64,000 bases of DNA from Eledone cirrhosa. Taxonomy: Eukaryota. The notes below the pieces were generated by a model. It searched no databases, was not told where the DNA came from, and was given only the letters and a program-made list of their open reading frames with translations. Below are positions 1-12,600 of this stretch, in pieces; the stretch's first letter is position 1, and each line of letters opens with the position of its first letter. The translations under genes and the position numbers were made by a program. The stretch spans positions 1 through 64,000 of the forward strand of contig CAXHJY010001429.1 in NCBI GenBank assembly GCA_964016885.1, given 5' to 3'.

Positions 1-3000
1 CACGGGCGGCCGGCCCGCGATTGAAAAGGTAACTCCGCCGGCAAATCGTCATTTTTGGATTCGTTTTCTTCGAAGCACACCATTCGCCGGCGGACTTTGT
101 TGACGTTTAACACGTTTGGTTCCACAGCCACAACTATTGATTTTACGGAGATATCTTGCTGAAATTCACGCCGCACATAGCCAATGAGTGTCTGCACATG
201 TACCAGTAATTACAGATCGATCCGGACCACCGGGCGGCCGGCCCGCGATTGAAAAGGTAACTCACTCCGCCGGCAAATCGTCATTTGTTGGATTCGTTTT
301 CTTCGAAGCACACCATTCGCCGGCGGACTTTGTTGACGTTTAACACGGTTTGGTTCACAGCCACAACTATTGATTTTACGGAGAATATCTTGCTGAAATT
401 CACGCCGCACATAGCCAATGAGTGTCTGCACATGTACCAGTAATTACAGATCGATCGACCACGGGCGGCCGGCCGCGATTGAAAAGGTAACTCCGCCGGC
501 AAATCGTCATTTTTGGATTCGTTTTCCTTCGAAGCACACCATTCGCCGGCGGGACTTTGTTGACGTTTAACACGGTTTGGTTCCACAGCCACAACTATTG
601 ATTTTACGGAGATATCTTGCTGAAATTCACGCCGCACATAGCCAATGAGTGTCTGCACATGTACCAGTAATTACAGATCGATCCGACCACGGCGGCCGGC
701 CCGCGATTGAAAAGGTAACTCCGCCGGCAAATCGTCATTTTTGGATTCGTTTTCTTCGAAGCACACCATTCGCCGGCGGACTTTGTTGACGTTTAACACG
801 GTTTGGTTCCACAGCCACAACTATTGATTTTACGGAGATATCTTGCTGAATTCACGCCAGCACATAGCCAATGAGTGTCTGCACATGTACCAGTAATTAC
901 AGATCGATCCGACCACGGGCGGCCGGCCCGCGATTGAAAAGGTAACTCCGCCGGCAATCGTCATTTTTGGATTCGTTTTCTTCGAAGCACACCATTCGCC
1001 GGCGGACTTTGTTGACGTTTTAACACGGTTTGGTTCCACAGCCACAACTATTGATTTTACGGAGATATCTTGCTGAAATTCACGCCACACATAGCCAATG
1101 AGTGTCTGCACAATGTACCAGTAATTACAAGATCGATCCGACCACGGGGCGGCCGGCCCGCGATTGAAAAGGTAACTCCGCCGGCAAATCGTCATTTTTG
1201 GATTCGTTTTCTTCGAAGCACACCATTCGCCGGCGGACTTTGTTGACGTTTAACACGGTTTGGTTCCACAGCCACAACTATTGATTTTACGGAGATATCT
1301 TGCTGAAATTCACGCCACACATAGCCAATGAGTGTCTGCACATGTACCAGTAATTACAGATCGATCCGACCACGGGCGGCCGGCCCGCGATTGAAAAGGT
1401 AACTCCGCCGGGCAAATCGTCATTTTTGGATTCGTTTTCTTCGAAGCACACCATTCGCCGGCGGACTTTGTTGACGTTTAAACACGGTTTGGTTCCACAG
1501 CCACAACTATTGAATTTACGGAGATATCTTGCTGAAATTCACGCCACACATAGCCAATGAGTGTCTGCACATGTACCAGTAATTACAGATCGATCCGACC
1601 ACGGGCGGCCGGCCCGCGATTGAAAAGGTAACTCCGCGGCAAATCGTCATTTTTGGATTCGTTTTCTTCGAAGCACACCATTCGCCGGCGGACTTTGTTG
1701 ACGTTTAACACGGTTTGGTTCCACAGCCACAACTATTGATTTTACGGAGATATCTTGCTGAAATTCACGCCGCACATAGCCAATGAGTGTCTGCACATGT
1801 ACCAGTAATTACAGATCGATCTGACCACGGGCGGCCGGCCCGCGGGATTGAAAAGGTAACTCCGCCGGCAAATCGTCATTTTTGGATTCGTTTTCTTCGA
1901 AGCACACCATTCGCCGGCGGACTTTGTTGACGTTTAACACGGTTTGGTTCCACAGCCACAACTATTGATTTTACGGAGATATCTTGCTGAAATTCACGCC
2001 GCACATAGCCAATGAGTGTCTGCACATGTACCAGTAATTACAGATCGATCCGACCACGGGCGGCCGGCCCGCGATTGAAAAGGTAACTCCGCCGGCAAAT
2101 CGTCATTTTTGGATTCGTTTTCTTCGAAGCACACCATTCGCCGGCGGACTTTGTTGACGTTTAACACGGTTTGGTTCCACAGCCACAACTATTGATTTTA
2201 CGGAGATATCTTGCTGAAATTCACGCCACACATAGCCAATGAGTGTCTGCACATGTACCAGTAATTACAGATCGATCCGACCACGGGCGGCCGGCCCGCG
2301 ATTGAAAAGGTAACTCCGCCGGCAAATCGTCATTTTTGGATTCTTTTCTTCGAAGCACACCATTCGCCGGCGGACTTGTTGACGTTTAACACGGTTTGGT
2401 TCCACAGCCACAAACTATTGAATTACGGAGATATCTTGCTGAAATTCACGCCACACATAGCCAATGAGTGTCTGCACATGTACCAGTAATTACAGATCGA
2501 TCCGACCACGGGCGGCCGGCCCGCGATTGAAAAGGTAACTCCGCCGGCAAATCGTCATTTTTGGATTCGTTTTCTTCGAAGCACACCATTCGCCGGCGGA
2601 CTTTGTTGACGTTTAACACGGTTTGGTTCCACAGCCACAACTATTGATTTCACGGAGATATCTTGCTGAAATTCACGCCACACATAGCCAATGAGTGTCT
2701 GCACATGTACCAGTAATTACAGATCGATCCGACCACGGGCGGCCGGCCCGCGATTGAAAAAGGTAACTCCGCCGGCAAATCGTCATTTTTTGGATTCGTT
2801 TTCTTCGAAGCACACCATTCGCCGGCGGACTTTGTTGACGTTTAACACGGTTTGGTTCCACAGCCACAACTATTGATTTTACGGAGATATCTTGCTGAAA
2901 TTCACGCCGCACATAGCCAATGAGTGTCTGCACATGTACCAGTAATTACAGATCGATCCGACCACGGGCGGCCGGCCCGCGATTGAAAAGGTAACTCCGC

Positions 3001-5300
3001 CGGCAAATCGTCATTTTTGGATTCGTTTTCTTCGAAGCACACCATTCGCCGGCGGACTTTGTTGACGTTTAACACGGTTTGGTTCCACAGCCACAACTAT
3101 TGATTTTACGGAGATATCTTGCTGAAATTCACGCCGCACATAGCCAATGAGTGTCTGCACATTGTACCAGTAATTACAGATCGATCCTGACCACGGGCGG
3201 CCGGCCCGCGATTGAAAGGTAACTCCGCCGGCAAATCGTCATTTTTGGATTCGTTTTCTTCGAAGCACACCATTCGCCGGCGGACTTTGTTGACGTTTAA
3301 CACGGTTTGGTTCCACAGCCACAACTATTGATTTTACGGAGATATCTTGCTGAAATTCACGCCGCACATAGCCAATGAGTGTCTGCACATGTACCAGTAA
3401 TTACAGATCTATCCGACCACGGGCGGCCGGCCCGCGATTGAAAAGGTAACTCCGCCGGCAAATCGTCATTTTTGGATTCGTTTTCTTCGAAGCACACCAT
3501 TCGCCGGCGGACTTTGTTGACGTTTAACACGGTTTGGTTCCACAGTCACAACTATTGATTTTACGGAGATATCTTGCTGAAATTCACGCCACACATAGCC
3601 AATGAGTGTCTGCACATGTACCAGTAATTACAGATCGATCCGACCACGGGCGGCCGGCCCGCGATTGAAAAGGTAACTCCGCCGGCAAATCGTCATTTTT
3701 GGATTCGTTTTCTTCGAAGCACACCATTCGCCGGCGACTTTGTTGACGTTTAACACGGTTTGGTTCCACAGCCACAACTATTGAATTTACGGAGATATCT
3801 TGCTGAAATTCACGCCACACATAGCCAATGAGTGTCTGCACATGTACCAGTAATTACAGATCGATCCGACCACGGGCGGCCGGCCCGCGATTGAAAAGGT
3901 AACTCCGCTGGCAAATCGTCATTTTTGGATTCGGTTTTCTTCGAAGCACACCATTCGCCGGCGGACTTTGTTGACGTTTAACACGGTTTGGTTCCACAGC
4001 CACAACTATTGAATTCACGGAGATATCTTGCTGAAATTCACGCCACACATAGCCAATGAGTGTCTGCACATGTACCAGTAATTACAGATCGATCCGACCA
4101 CGGGCGGCCGGCCCGCGATTGAAAAGGTAACTCCGCCGGCAAATCGTCATTTTTGGATTCGTTTTCTTCGAAGCACACCATTCGCCGGCGGACTTTGTTG
4201 ACGTTTAACACGGTTTGGTTCCACAGCCACAACTATTGATTTTACGGAGATATCTTGCTGAAATTCACGCCGCACATAGCCAATGAGTGTCTGCACATGT
4301 ACCAGTAATTACAGATCGATCCGACCACGGGCAGCCGGCCCGCGATTGAAAAGGTAACTCCGCCGGCAAATCGTCATTTTTGGATTCGTTTTCTTCGAAG
4401 CACACCATTCGCCGGCGGACTTTGTTGACGTTTAACACGGTTTGGTTCCACAGCCACAACTATTGATTTTACGGAGATATCTTGCTGAAATTCACGCCGC
4501 ACATAGCCAATGAGTGTCTGCACATGTACCAGTAATTACAGATCGATCCGACCACGGGCGGCCGGCCCGCGATTGAAAAGGTAACTCCGCCGGCAAATCG
4601 TCATTTTTGGATTCGTTTTCTTCGAAGCACACCATTCGCCGGCGGACTTTGTTGACGTTTAACACGGTTTGGTTCCACAGCCACAACTATTGAATTTACG
4701 GAGATATCTTGCTGAAATTCACGCCACACATAGCCAATGAGTGTCTGCACATGTACCAGTAATTACAGATCGATCCGACCACGGGCGGCCGGCCCGCGAT
4801 TGAAAAGGTAACTCCGCTGGCAAATCGTCATTTTTGGATTCGGTTTTCTTCGAAGCACACCATTCGCCGGCGGACTTTGTTGACGTTTAACACGGTTTGG
4901 TTCCACAGCCACAACTATTGAATTCACGGAGATATCTTGCTGAAATTCACGCCACACATAGCCAATGAGTGTCTGCACATGTACCAGTAATTACAGATCG
5001 ATCCGACCACGGGCGGCCGGCCCGCGATTGAAAAGGTAACTCCGCCGGCAAATCGTCATTTTTGGATTCGTTTTCTTCGAAGCACACCATTCGCCGGCGG
5101 ACTTTGTTGACGTTTAACACGGTTTGGTTCCACAGCCACAACTATTGATTTTACGGAGATATCTTGCTGAAATTCACGCCGCACATAGCCAATGAGTGTC
5201 TGCACATGTACCAGTAATTACAGATCGATCCGACCACGGGCAGCCGGCCCGCGATTGAAAAGGTAACTCCGCCGGCAAATCGTCATTTTTTGGATTCGTT
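1..5300. other. Low-quality (under-polished) segment of the array, probable contig end
   Basis: Sporadic non-recurring 1-4 bp indels (e.g. ctcactccg ~261, cgcgggatt ~1841, gaaaaagg ~2757, atttttt ~5285) that thin out rightwards and are absent beyond 5.3 kb. Confidence 0.85.
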
Positions 5301-6370
5301 TTCTTCGAAGCACACCATTCGCCGGCGGACTTTGTTGACGTTTAACACGGTTTGGTTCCACAGCCACAACTATTGATTTTACGGAGATATCTTGCTGAAA
5401 TTCACGCCGCACATAGCCAATGAGTGTCTGCACATGTACCAGTAATTACAGATCGATCCGACCACGGGCGGCCGGCCCGCGATTGAAAAGGTAACTCCGC
5501 CGGCAAATCGTCATTTTTGGATTCGTTTTCTTCGAAGCACACCATTCGCCGGCGGACTTTGTTGACGTTTAACACGGTTTGGTTCCACAGCCACAACTAT
5601 TGATTTTACGGAGATATCTTGCTGAAATTCACGCCACACATAGCCAATGAGTGTCTGCACATGTACCAGTAATTACAGATCGATCCGACCACGGGCGGCC
5701 GGCCCGCGATTAAAAAGGTAACTCCGCCGGCAAATCGTCATTTTTGGATTCGTTTTCTTCGAAGCACACCATTCGCCGGCGGACTTTGTTGACGTTTAAC
5801 ACGGTTTGGTTCCACAGCCACAACTATTGAATTTACGGAGATATCTTGCTGAAATTCACGCCACACATAGCCAATGAGTGTCTGCACATGTACCAGTAAT
5901 TACAGATCGATCCGACCACGGGCGGCCGGCCCGCGATTGAAAAGGTAACTCCGCCGGCAAATCGTCATTTTTGGATTCGTTTTCTTCGAAGCACACCATT
6001 CGCCGGCGGACTTTGTTGACGTTTAACACGGTTTGGTTCCACAGCCACAACTATTGATTTTACGGAGATATCTTGCTGAAATTCACGCCGCACATAGCCA
6101 ATGAGTGTCTGCACATGTACCAGTAATTACAGATCGATCCGACCACGGGCGGCCGGCCCGCGATTGAAAAGGTAACTCCGCTGGCAAATCGTCATTTTTG
6201 GATTCGTTTTCTTCGAAGCACACCATTCGCCGGCGGACTTTGTTGACGTTTAACACGGTTTGGTTCCACAGCCACAACTATTGAATTCACGGAGATATCT
6301 TGCTGAAATTCACGCCACACATAGCCAATGAGTGTCTGCACATGTACCAGTAATTACAGATCGATCCGAC

Positions 6371-6597
6371 CACGGGCGGCCGGCCCGCGATTGAAAAGGT
6401 AACTCCGCCGGCAAATCGTCATTTTTGGATTCGTTTTCTTCGAAGCACACCATTCGCCGGCGGACTTTGTTGACGTTTAACACGGTTTGGTTCCACAGCC
6501 ACAACTATTGATTTTACGGAGATATCTTGCTGAAATTCACGCCGCACATAGCCAATGAGTGTCTGCACATGTACCAGTAATTACAGATCGATCCGAC
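6371..6597 (+). repeat. Representative consensus monomer (arbitrary phase: cacgggcggccggcccgcg...cagatcgatccgac)
   Basis: 227 bp; hand count C=60, G=52 (49% GC), 20 CpG. Contains FseI GGCCGGCC, BstBI TTCGAA, EcoRV GATATC, PciI ACATGT and ClaI ATCGAT once each, and GCCGGC three times. Confidence 0.97.
6404..6464. repeat. Intra-monomer inverted repeat (present in every unit): tccgccggcaaat ... attcgccggcgga
   Basis: 9 perfect base pairs, one mismatch and 3 more pairs around a 35-nt spacer. On the minus strand the mismatch becomes a G-U pair. Confidence 0.9.
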
Positions 6598-6606
6598 CAC
6601 GGGCGG
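6549..6606 (+). promoter_or_regulatory. CCAAT-box-like (TAGCCAATGAG) and GC-box-like (GGGCGG) motifs in each monomer; function unshown
   Basis: 6549-6559 matches the extended NF-Y consensus YRRCCAATSRG; GGGCGG is at 6601-6606. Motif match only. Confidence 0.2.
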
Positions 6607-9600
6607 CCGGCCCGCGATTGAAAAGGTAACTCCGCCGGCAAATCGTCATTTTTGGATTCGTTTTCTTCGAAGCACACCATTCGCCGGCGGACTTTGTTGA
6701 CGTTTAACACGGTTTGGTTCCACAGCCACAACTATTGATTTTACGGAGATATCTTGCTGAAATTCACGCCGCACATAGCCAATGAGTGTCTGCACATGTA
6801 CCAGTAATTACAGATCTATCCGACCACGGGCGGCCGGCCCGCGATTGAAAAGGTAACTCCGCCGGCAAATCGTCATTTTTGGATTCGTTTTCTTCGAAGC
6901 ACACCATTCGCCGGCGGACTTTGTTGACGTTTAACACGGTTTGGTTCCACAGTCACAACTATTGATTTTACGGAGATATCTTGCTGAAATTCACGCCACA
7001 CATAGCCAATGAGTGTCTGCACATGTACCAGTAATTACAGATCGATCCGACCACGGGCGGCCGGCCCGCGATTGAAAAGGTAACTCCGCCGGCAAATCGT
7101 CATTTTTGGATTCGTTTTCTTCGAAGCACACCATTCGCCGGCGGACTTTGTTGACGTTTAACACGGTTTGGTTCCACAGCCACAACTATTGAATTTACGG
7201 AGATATCTTGCTGAAATTCACGCCACACATAGCCAATGAGTGTCTGCACATGTACCAGTAATTACAGATCGATCCGACCACGGGCGGCCGGCCCGCGATT
7301 GAAAAGGTAACTCCGCTGGCAAATCGTCATTTTTGGATTCGTTTTCTTCGAAGCACACCATTCGCCGGCGGACTTTGTTGACGTTTAACACGGTTTGGTT
7401 CCACAGCCACAACTATTGAATTCACGGAGATATCTTGCTGAAATTCACGCCACACATAGCCAATGAGTGTCTGCACATGTACCAGTAATTACAGATCGAT
7501 CCGACCACGGGCGGCCGGCCCGCGATTGAAAAGGTAACTCCGCCGGCAAATCGTCATTTTTGGATTCGTTTTCTTCGAAGCACACCATTCGCCGGCGGAC
7601 TTTGTTGACGTTTAACACGGTTTGGTTCCACAGCCACAACTATTGATTTTACGGAGATATCTTGCTGAAATTCACGCCGCACATAGCCAATGAGTGTCTG
7701 CACATGTACCAGTAATTACAGATCGATCCGACCACGGGCGGCCGGCCCGCGATTGAAAAGGTAACTCCGCCGGCAAATCGTCATTTTTGGATTCGTTTTC
7801 TTCGAAGCACACCATTCGCCGGCGGACTTTGTTGACGTTTAACACGGTTTGGTTCCACAGCCACAACTATTGATTTTACGGAGATATCTTGCTGAAATTC
7901 ACGCCGCACATAGCCAATGAGTGTCTGCACATGTACCAGTAATTACAGATCGATCCGACCACGGGCGGCCGGCCCGCGATTGAAAAGGTAACTCCGCCGG
8001 CAAATCGTCATTTTTGGATTCGTTTTCTTCGAAGCACACCATTCGCCGGCGGACTTTGTTGACGTTTAACACGGTTTGGTTCCACAGCCACAACTATTGA
8101 ATTTACGGAGATATCTTGCTGAAATTCACGCCACACATAGCCAATGAGTGTCTGCACATGTACCAGTAATTACAGATCGATCCGACCACGGGCGGCCGGC
8201 CCGCGATTGAAAAGGTAACTCCGCCGGCAAATCGTCATTTTTGGATTCGTTTTCTTCGAAGCACACCATTCGCCGGCGGACTTTGTTGACGTTTAACACG
8301 GTTTGGTTCCACAGCCACAACTATTGATTTTACGGAGATATCTTGCTGAAATTCACGCCGCACATAGCCAATGAGTGTCTGCACATGTACCAGTAATTAC
8401 AGATCGATCCGACCACGGGCGGCCGGTCCGCGATTGAAAAGGTAACTCCGCCGGCAAATCGTCATTTTTGGATTCGTTTTCTTCGAAGCACACCATTCGC
8501 CGGCGGACTTTGTTGACGTTTAACACGGTTTGGTTCCACAGCCACAACTATTGATTTTACGGAGATATCTTGCTGAAATTCACGCCGCACATAGCCAATG
8601 AGTGTCTGCACATGTACCAGTAATTACAGATCGATCCGACCACTGGCGGCCGGCCCGCGATTGAAAAGGTAACTCCGCCGGCAAATCGTCATTTTTGGAT
8701 TCGTTTTCTTCGAAGCACACCATTCGCCGGCGGACATTGTTGACGTTTAACACGGTTTGGTTCCACAGCCACAACTATTGATTTTACGGAGATATCTTGC
8801 TGAAATTCACGCCACACATAGCCAATGAGTGTCTGCACATGTACCAGTAATTACAGATCGATCCGACCACGGGCGGCCGGCCCGCGATTGAAAAGGTAAC
8901 TCCGCCGGCAAATCGTCATTTTTGGATTCGTTTTCTTCGAAGCACACCATTCGCCGGCGGACTTTGTTGACGTTTAACACGGTTTGGTTCCACAGCCACA
9001 ACTATTGAATTCACGGAGATATCTTGCTGAAATTCACGCCACACATAGCCAATGAGTGTCTGCACATGTACCAGTAATTACAGATCGATCCGACCACGGG
9101 CGGCCGGCCCGCGATTGAAAAGGTAACTCCGCCGGCAAATCGTCATTTTTGGATTCGTTTTCTTCGAAGCACACTATTCGCCGGCGGACTTTGTTGACGT
9201 TTAACACGGTTTGGTTCCACAGCCACAACTATTGATTTTACGGAGATATCTTGCTGAAATTCACGCCGCACATAGCCAATGAGTGTCTGCACATGTACCA
9301 GTAATTACAGATCTATCCGACCACGGGCGGCCGGCCCGCGATTGAAAAGGTAACTCCGCCGGCAAATCGTCATTTTTGGATTCGTTTTCTTCGAAGCACA
9401 CCATTCGCCGGCGGACTTTGTTGACGTTTAACACGGTTTGGTTCCACAGCCACAACTATTGATTTTACGGAGATATCTTGCTGAAATTCACGCCACACAT
9501 AGCCAATGAGTGTCTGCACATGTACCAGTAATTACAGATCGATCCGACCACGGGCGGCCGGCCCGCGATTAAAAAGGTAACTCCGCCGGCAAATCGTCAT

Positions 9601-12600
9601 TTTTGGATTCGTTTTCTTCGAAGCACACCATTCGCCGGCGGACTTTGTTGACGTTTAACACGGTTTGGTTCCACAGCCACAACTATTGAATTTACGGAGA
9701 TATCTTGCTGAAATTCACGCCACACATAGCCAATGAGTGTCTGCACATGTACCAGTAATTACAGATCGATCCGACCACGGGCGGCCGGCCCGCGATTGAA
9801 AAGGTAACTCCGCCGGCAAATCGTCATTTTTGGATTCGTTTTCTTCGAAGCACACTATTCGCCGGCGGACTTTGTTGACGTTTAACACGGTTTGGTTCCA
9901 CAGCCACAACTATTGATTTTACGGAGATATCTTGCTGAAATTCACGCCGCACATAGCCAATGAGTGTCTGCACATGTACCAGTAATTACAGATCTATCCG
10001 ACCACGGGCGGCCGGCCCGCGATTGAAAAGGTAACTCCGCCGGCAAATCGTCATTTTTGGATTCGTTTTCTTCGAAGCACACCATTCGCCGGCGGACTTT
10101 GTTGACGTTTAACACGGTTTGGTTCCACAGCCACAACTATTGATTTTACGGAGATATCTTGCTGAAATTCACGCCGCACATAGCCAATGAGTGTCTGCAC
10201 ATGTACCAGTAATTACAGATCGATCCGACCACGGGCAGCCGGCCCGCGATTGAAAAGGTAACTCCGCCGGCAAATCGTCATTTTTGGATTCGTTTTCTTC
10301 GAAGCACACCATTCGCCGGCGGACTTTGTTGACGTTTAACACGGTTTGGTTCCACAGCCACAACTATTGATTTTACGGAGATATCTTGCTGAAATTCACG
10401 CCGCACATAGCCAATGAGTGTCTGCACATGTACCAGTAATTACAGATCGATCCGACCACGGGCGGCCGGCCCGCGATTGAAAAGGTAACTCCGCCGGCAA
10501 ATCGTCATTTTTGGATTCGTTTTCTTCGAAGCACACCATTCGCCGGCGGACTTTGTTGACGTTTAACACGGTTTGGTTCCACAGCCACAACTATTGATTT
10601 TACGGAGATATCTTGCTGAAATTCACGCCACACATAGCCAATGAGTGTCTGCACATGTACCAGTAATTACAGATCGATCCGACCACGGGCGGCCGGCCCG
10701 CGATTAAAAAGGTAACTCCGCCGGCAAATCGTCATTTTTGGATTCGTTTTCTTCGAAGCACACCATTCGCCGGCGGACTTTGTTGACGTTTAACACGGTT
10801 TGGTTCCACAGCCACAACTATTGAATTTACGGAGATATCTTGCTGAAATTCACGCCACACATAGCCAATGAGTGTCTGCACATGTACCAGTAATTACAGA
10901 TCGATCCGACCACGGGCGGCCGGCCCGCGATTGAAAAGGTAACTCCGCCGGCAAATCGTCATTTTTGGATTCGTTTTCTTCGAAGCACACCATTCGCCGG
11001 CGGACTTTGTTGACGTTTAACACGGTTTGGTTCCACAGCCACAACTATTGATTTTACGGAGATATCTTGCTGAAATTCACGCCGCACATAGCCAATGAGT
11101 GTCTGCACATGTACCAGTAATTACAGATCGATCCGACCACGGGCGGCCGGCCCGCGATTGAAAAGGTAACTCCGCTGGCAAATCGTCATTTTTGGATTCG
11201 TTTTCTTCGAAGCACACCATTCGCCGGCGGACTTTGTTGACGTTTAACACGGTTTGGTTCCACAGCCACAACTATTGAATTCACGGAGATATCTTGCTGA
11301 AATTCACGCCACACATAGCCAATGAGTGTCTGCACATGTACCAGTAATTACAGATCGATCCGACCACGGGCGGCCGGCCCGCGATTGAAAAGGTAACTCC
11401 GCCGGCAAATCGTCATTTTTGGATTCGTTTTCTTCGAAGCACACCATTCGCCGGCGGACTTTGTTGACGTTTAACACGGTTTGGTTCCACAGCCACAACT
11501 ATTGATTTTACGGAGATATCTTGCTGAAATTCACGCCGCACATAGCCAATGAGTGTCTGCACATGTACCAGTAATTACAGATCGATCCGACCACGGGCGG
11601 CCGGCCCGCGATTGAAAAGGTAACTCCGCCGGCAAATCGTCATTTTTGGATTCGTTTTCTTCGAAGCACACCATTCGCCGGCGGACTTTGTTGACGTTTA
11701 ACACGGTTTGGTTCCACAGCCACAACTATTGATTTTACGGAGATATCTTGCTGAAATTCACGCCGCACATAGCCAATGAGTGTCTGCACATGTACCAGTA
11801 ATTACAGATCTATCCGACCACGGGCGGCCGGCCCGCGATTGAAAAGGTAACTCCGCCGGCAAATCGTCATTTTTGGATTCGTTTTCTTCGAAGCACACCA
11901 TTCGCCGGCGGACTTTGTTGACGTTTAACACGGTTTGGTTCCACAGTCACAACTATTGATTTTACGGAGATATCTTGCTGAAATTCACGCCACACATAGC
12001 CAATGAGTGTCTGCACATGTACCAGTAATTACAGATCGATCCGACCACGGGCGGCCGGCCCGCGATTGAAAAGGTAACTCCGCCGGCAAATCGTCATTTT
12101 TGGATTCGTTTTCTTCGAAGCACACCATTCGCCGGCGGACTTTGTTGACGTTTAACACGGTTTGGTTCCACAGCCACAACTATTGAATTTACGGAGATAT
12201 CTTGCTGAAATTCACGCCACACATAGCCAATGAGTGTCTGCACATGTACCAGTAATTACAGATCGATCCGACCACGGGCGGCCGGCCCGCGATTGAAAAG
12301 GTAACTCCGCTGGCAAATCGTCATTTTTGGATTCGTTTTCTTCGAAGCACACCATTCGCCGGCGGACTTTGTTGACGTTTAACACGGTTTGGTTCCACAG
12401 CCACAACTATTGAATTCACGGAGATATCTTGCTGAAATTCACGCCACACATAGCCAATGAGTGTCTGCACATGTACCAGTAATTACAGATCGATCCGACC
12501 ACGGGCGGCCGGCCCGCGATTGAAAAGGTAACTCCGCCGGCAAATCGTCATTTTTGGATTCGTTTTCTTCGAAGCACACCATTCGCCGGCGGACTTTGTT

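Noticed and set aside
210-5433. Longer or alternative ORFs (71-125 aa) at the left end
   Set aside because: They are frame fusions created by sporadic indels in the noisy region.
6429-6445. CENP-B-box-like ATTCGTTTTCTTCGAAG
   Set aside because: Only 6 of the 9 essential positions of TTCGnnnnAnnCGGG match.
6378-6470. Hammerhead or HDV-like ribozyme (GGCCGGC resembles HDV P1; minus-strand AUGACGA resembles the hammerhead core)
   Set aside because: No CUGANGA core on either strand, and the HDV P1.1/P3 elements after the second GCCGGC are missing.
6371-6597. tRNA, 5S rRNA or snRNA tandem gene unit
   Set aside because: No B-box GTTCRA cloverleaf or recognisable 5S/U-snRNA sequence on either strand by eye; Rfam not run.
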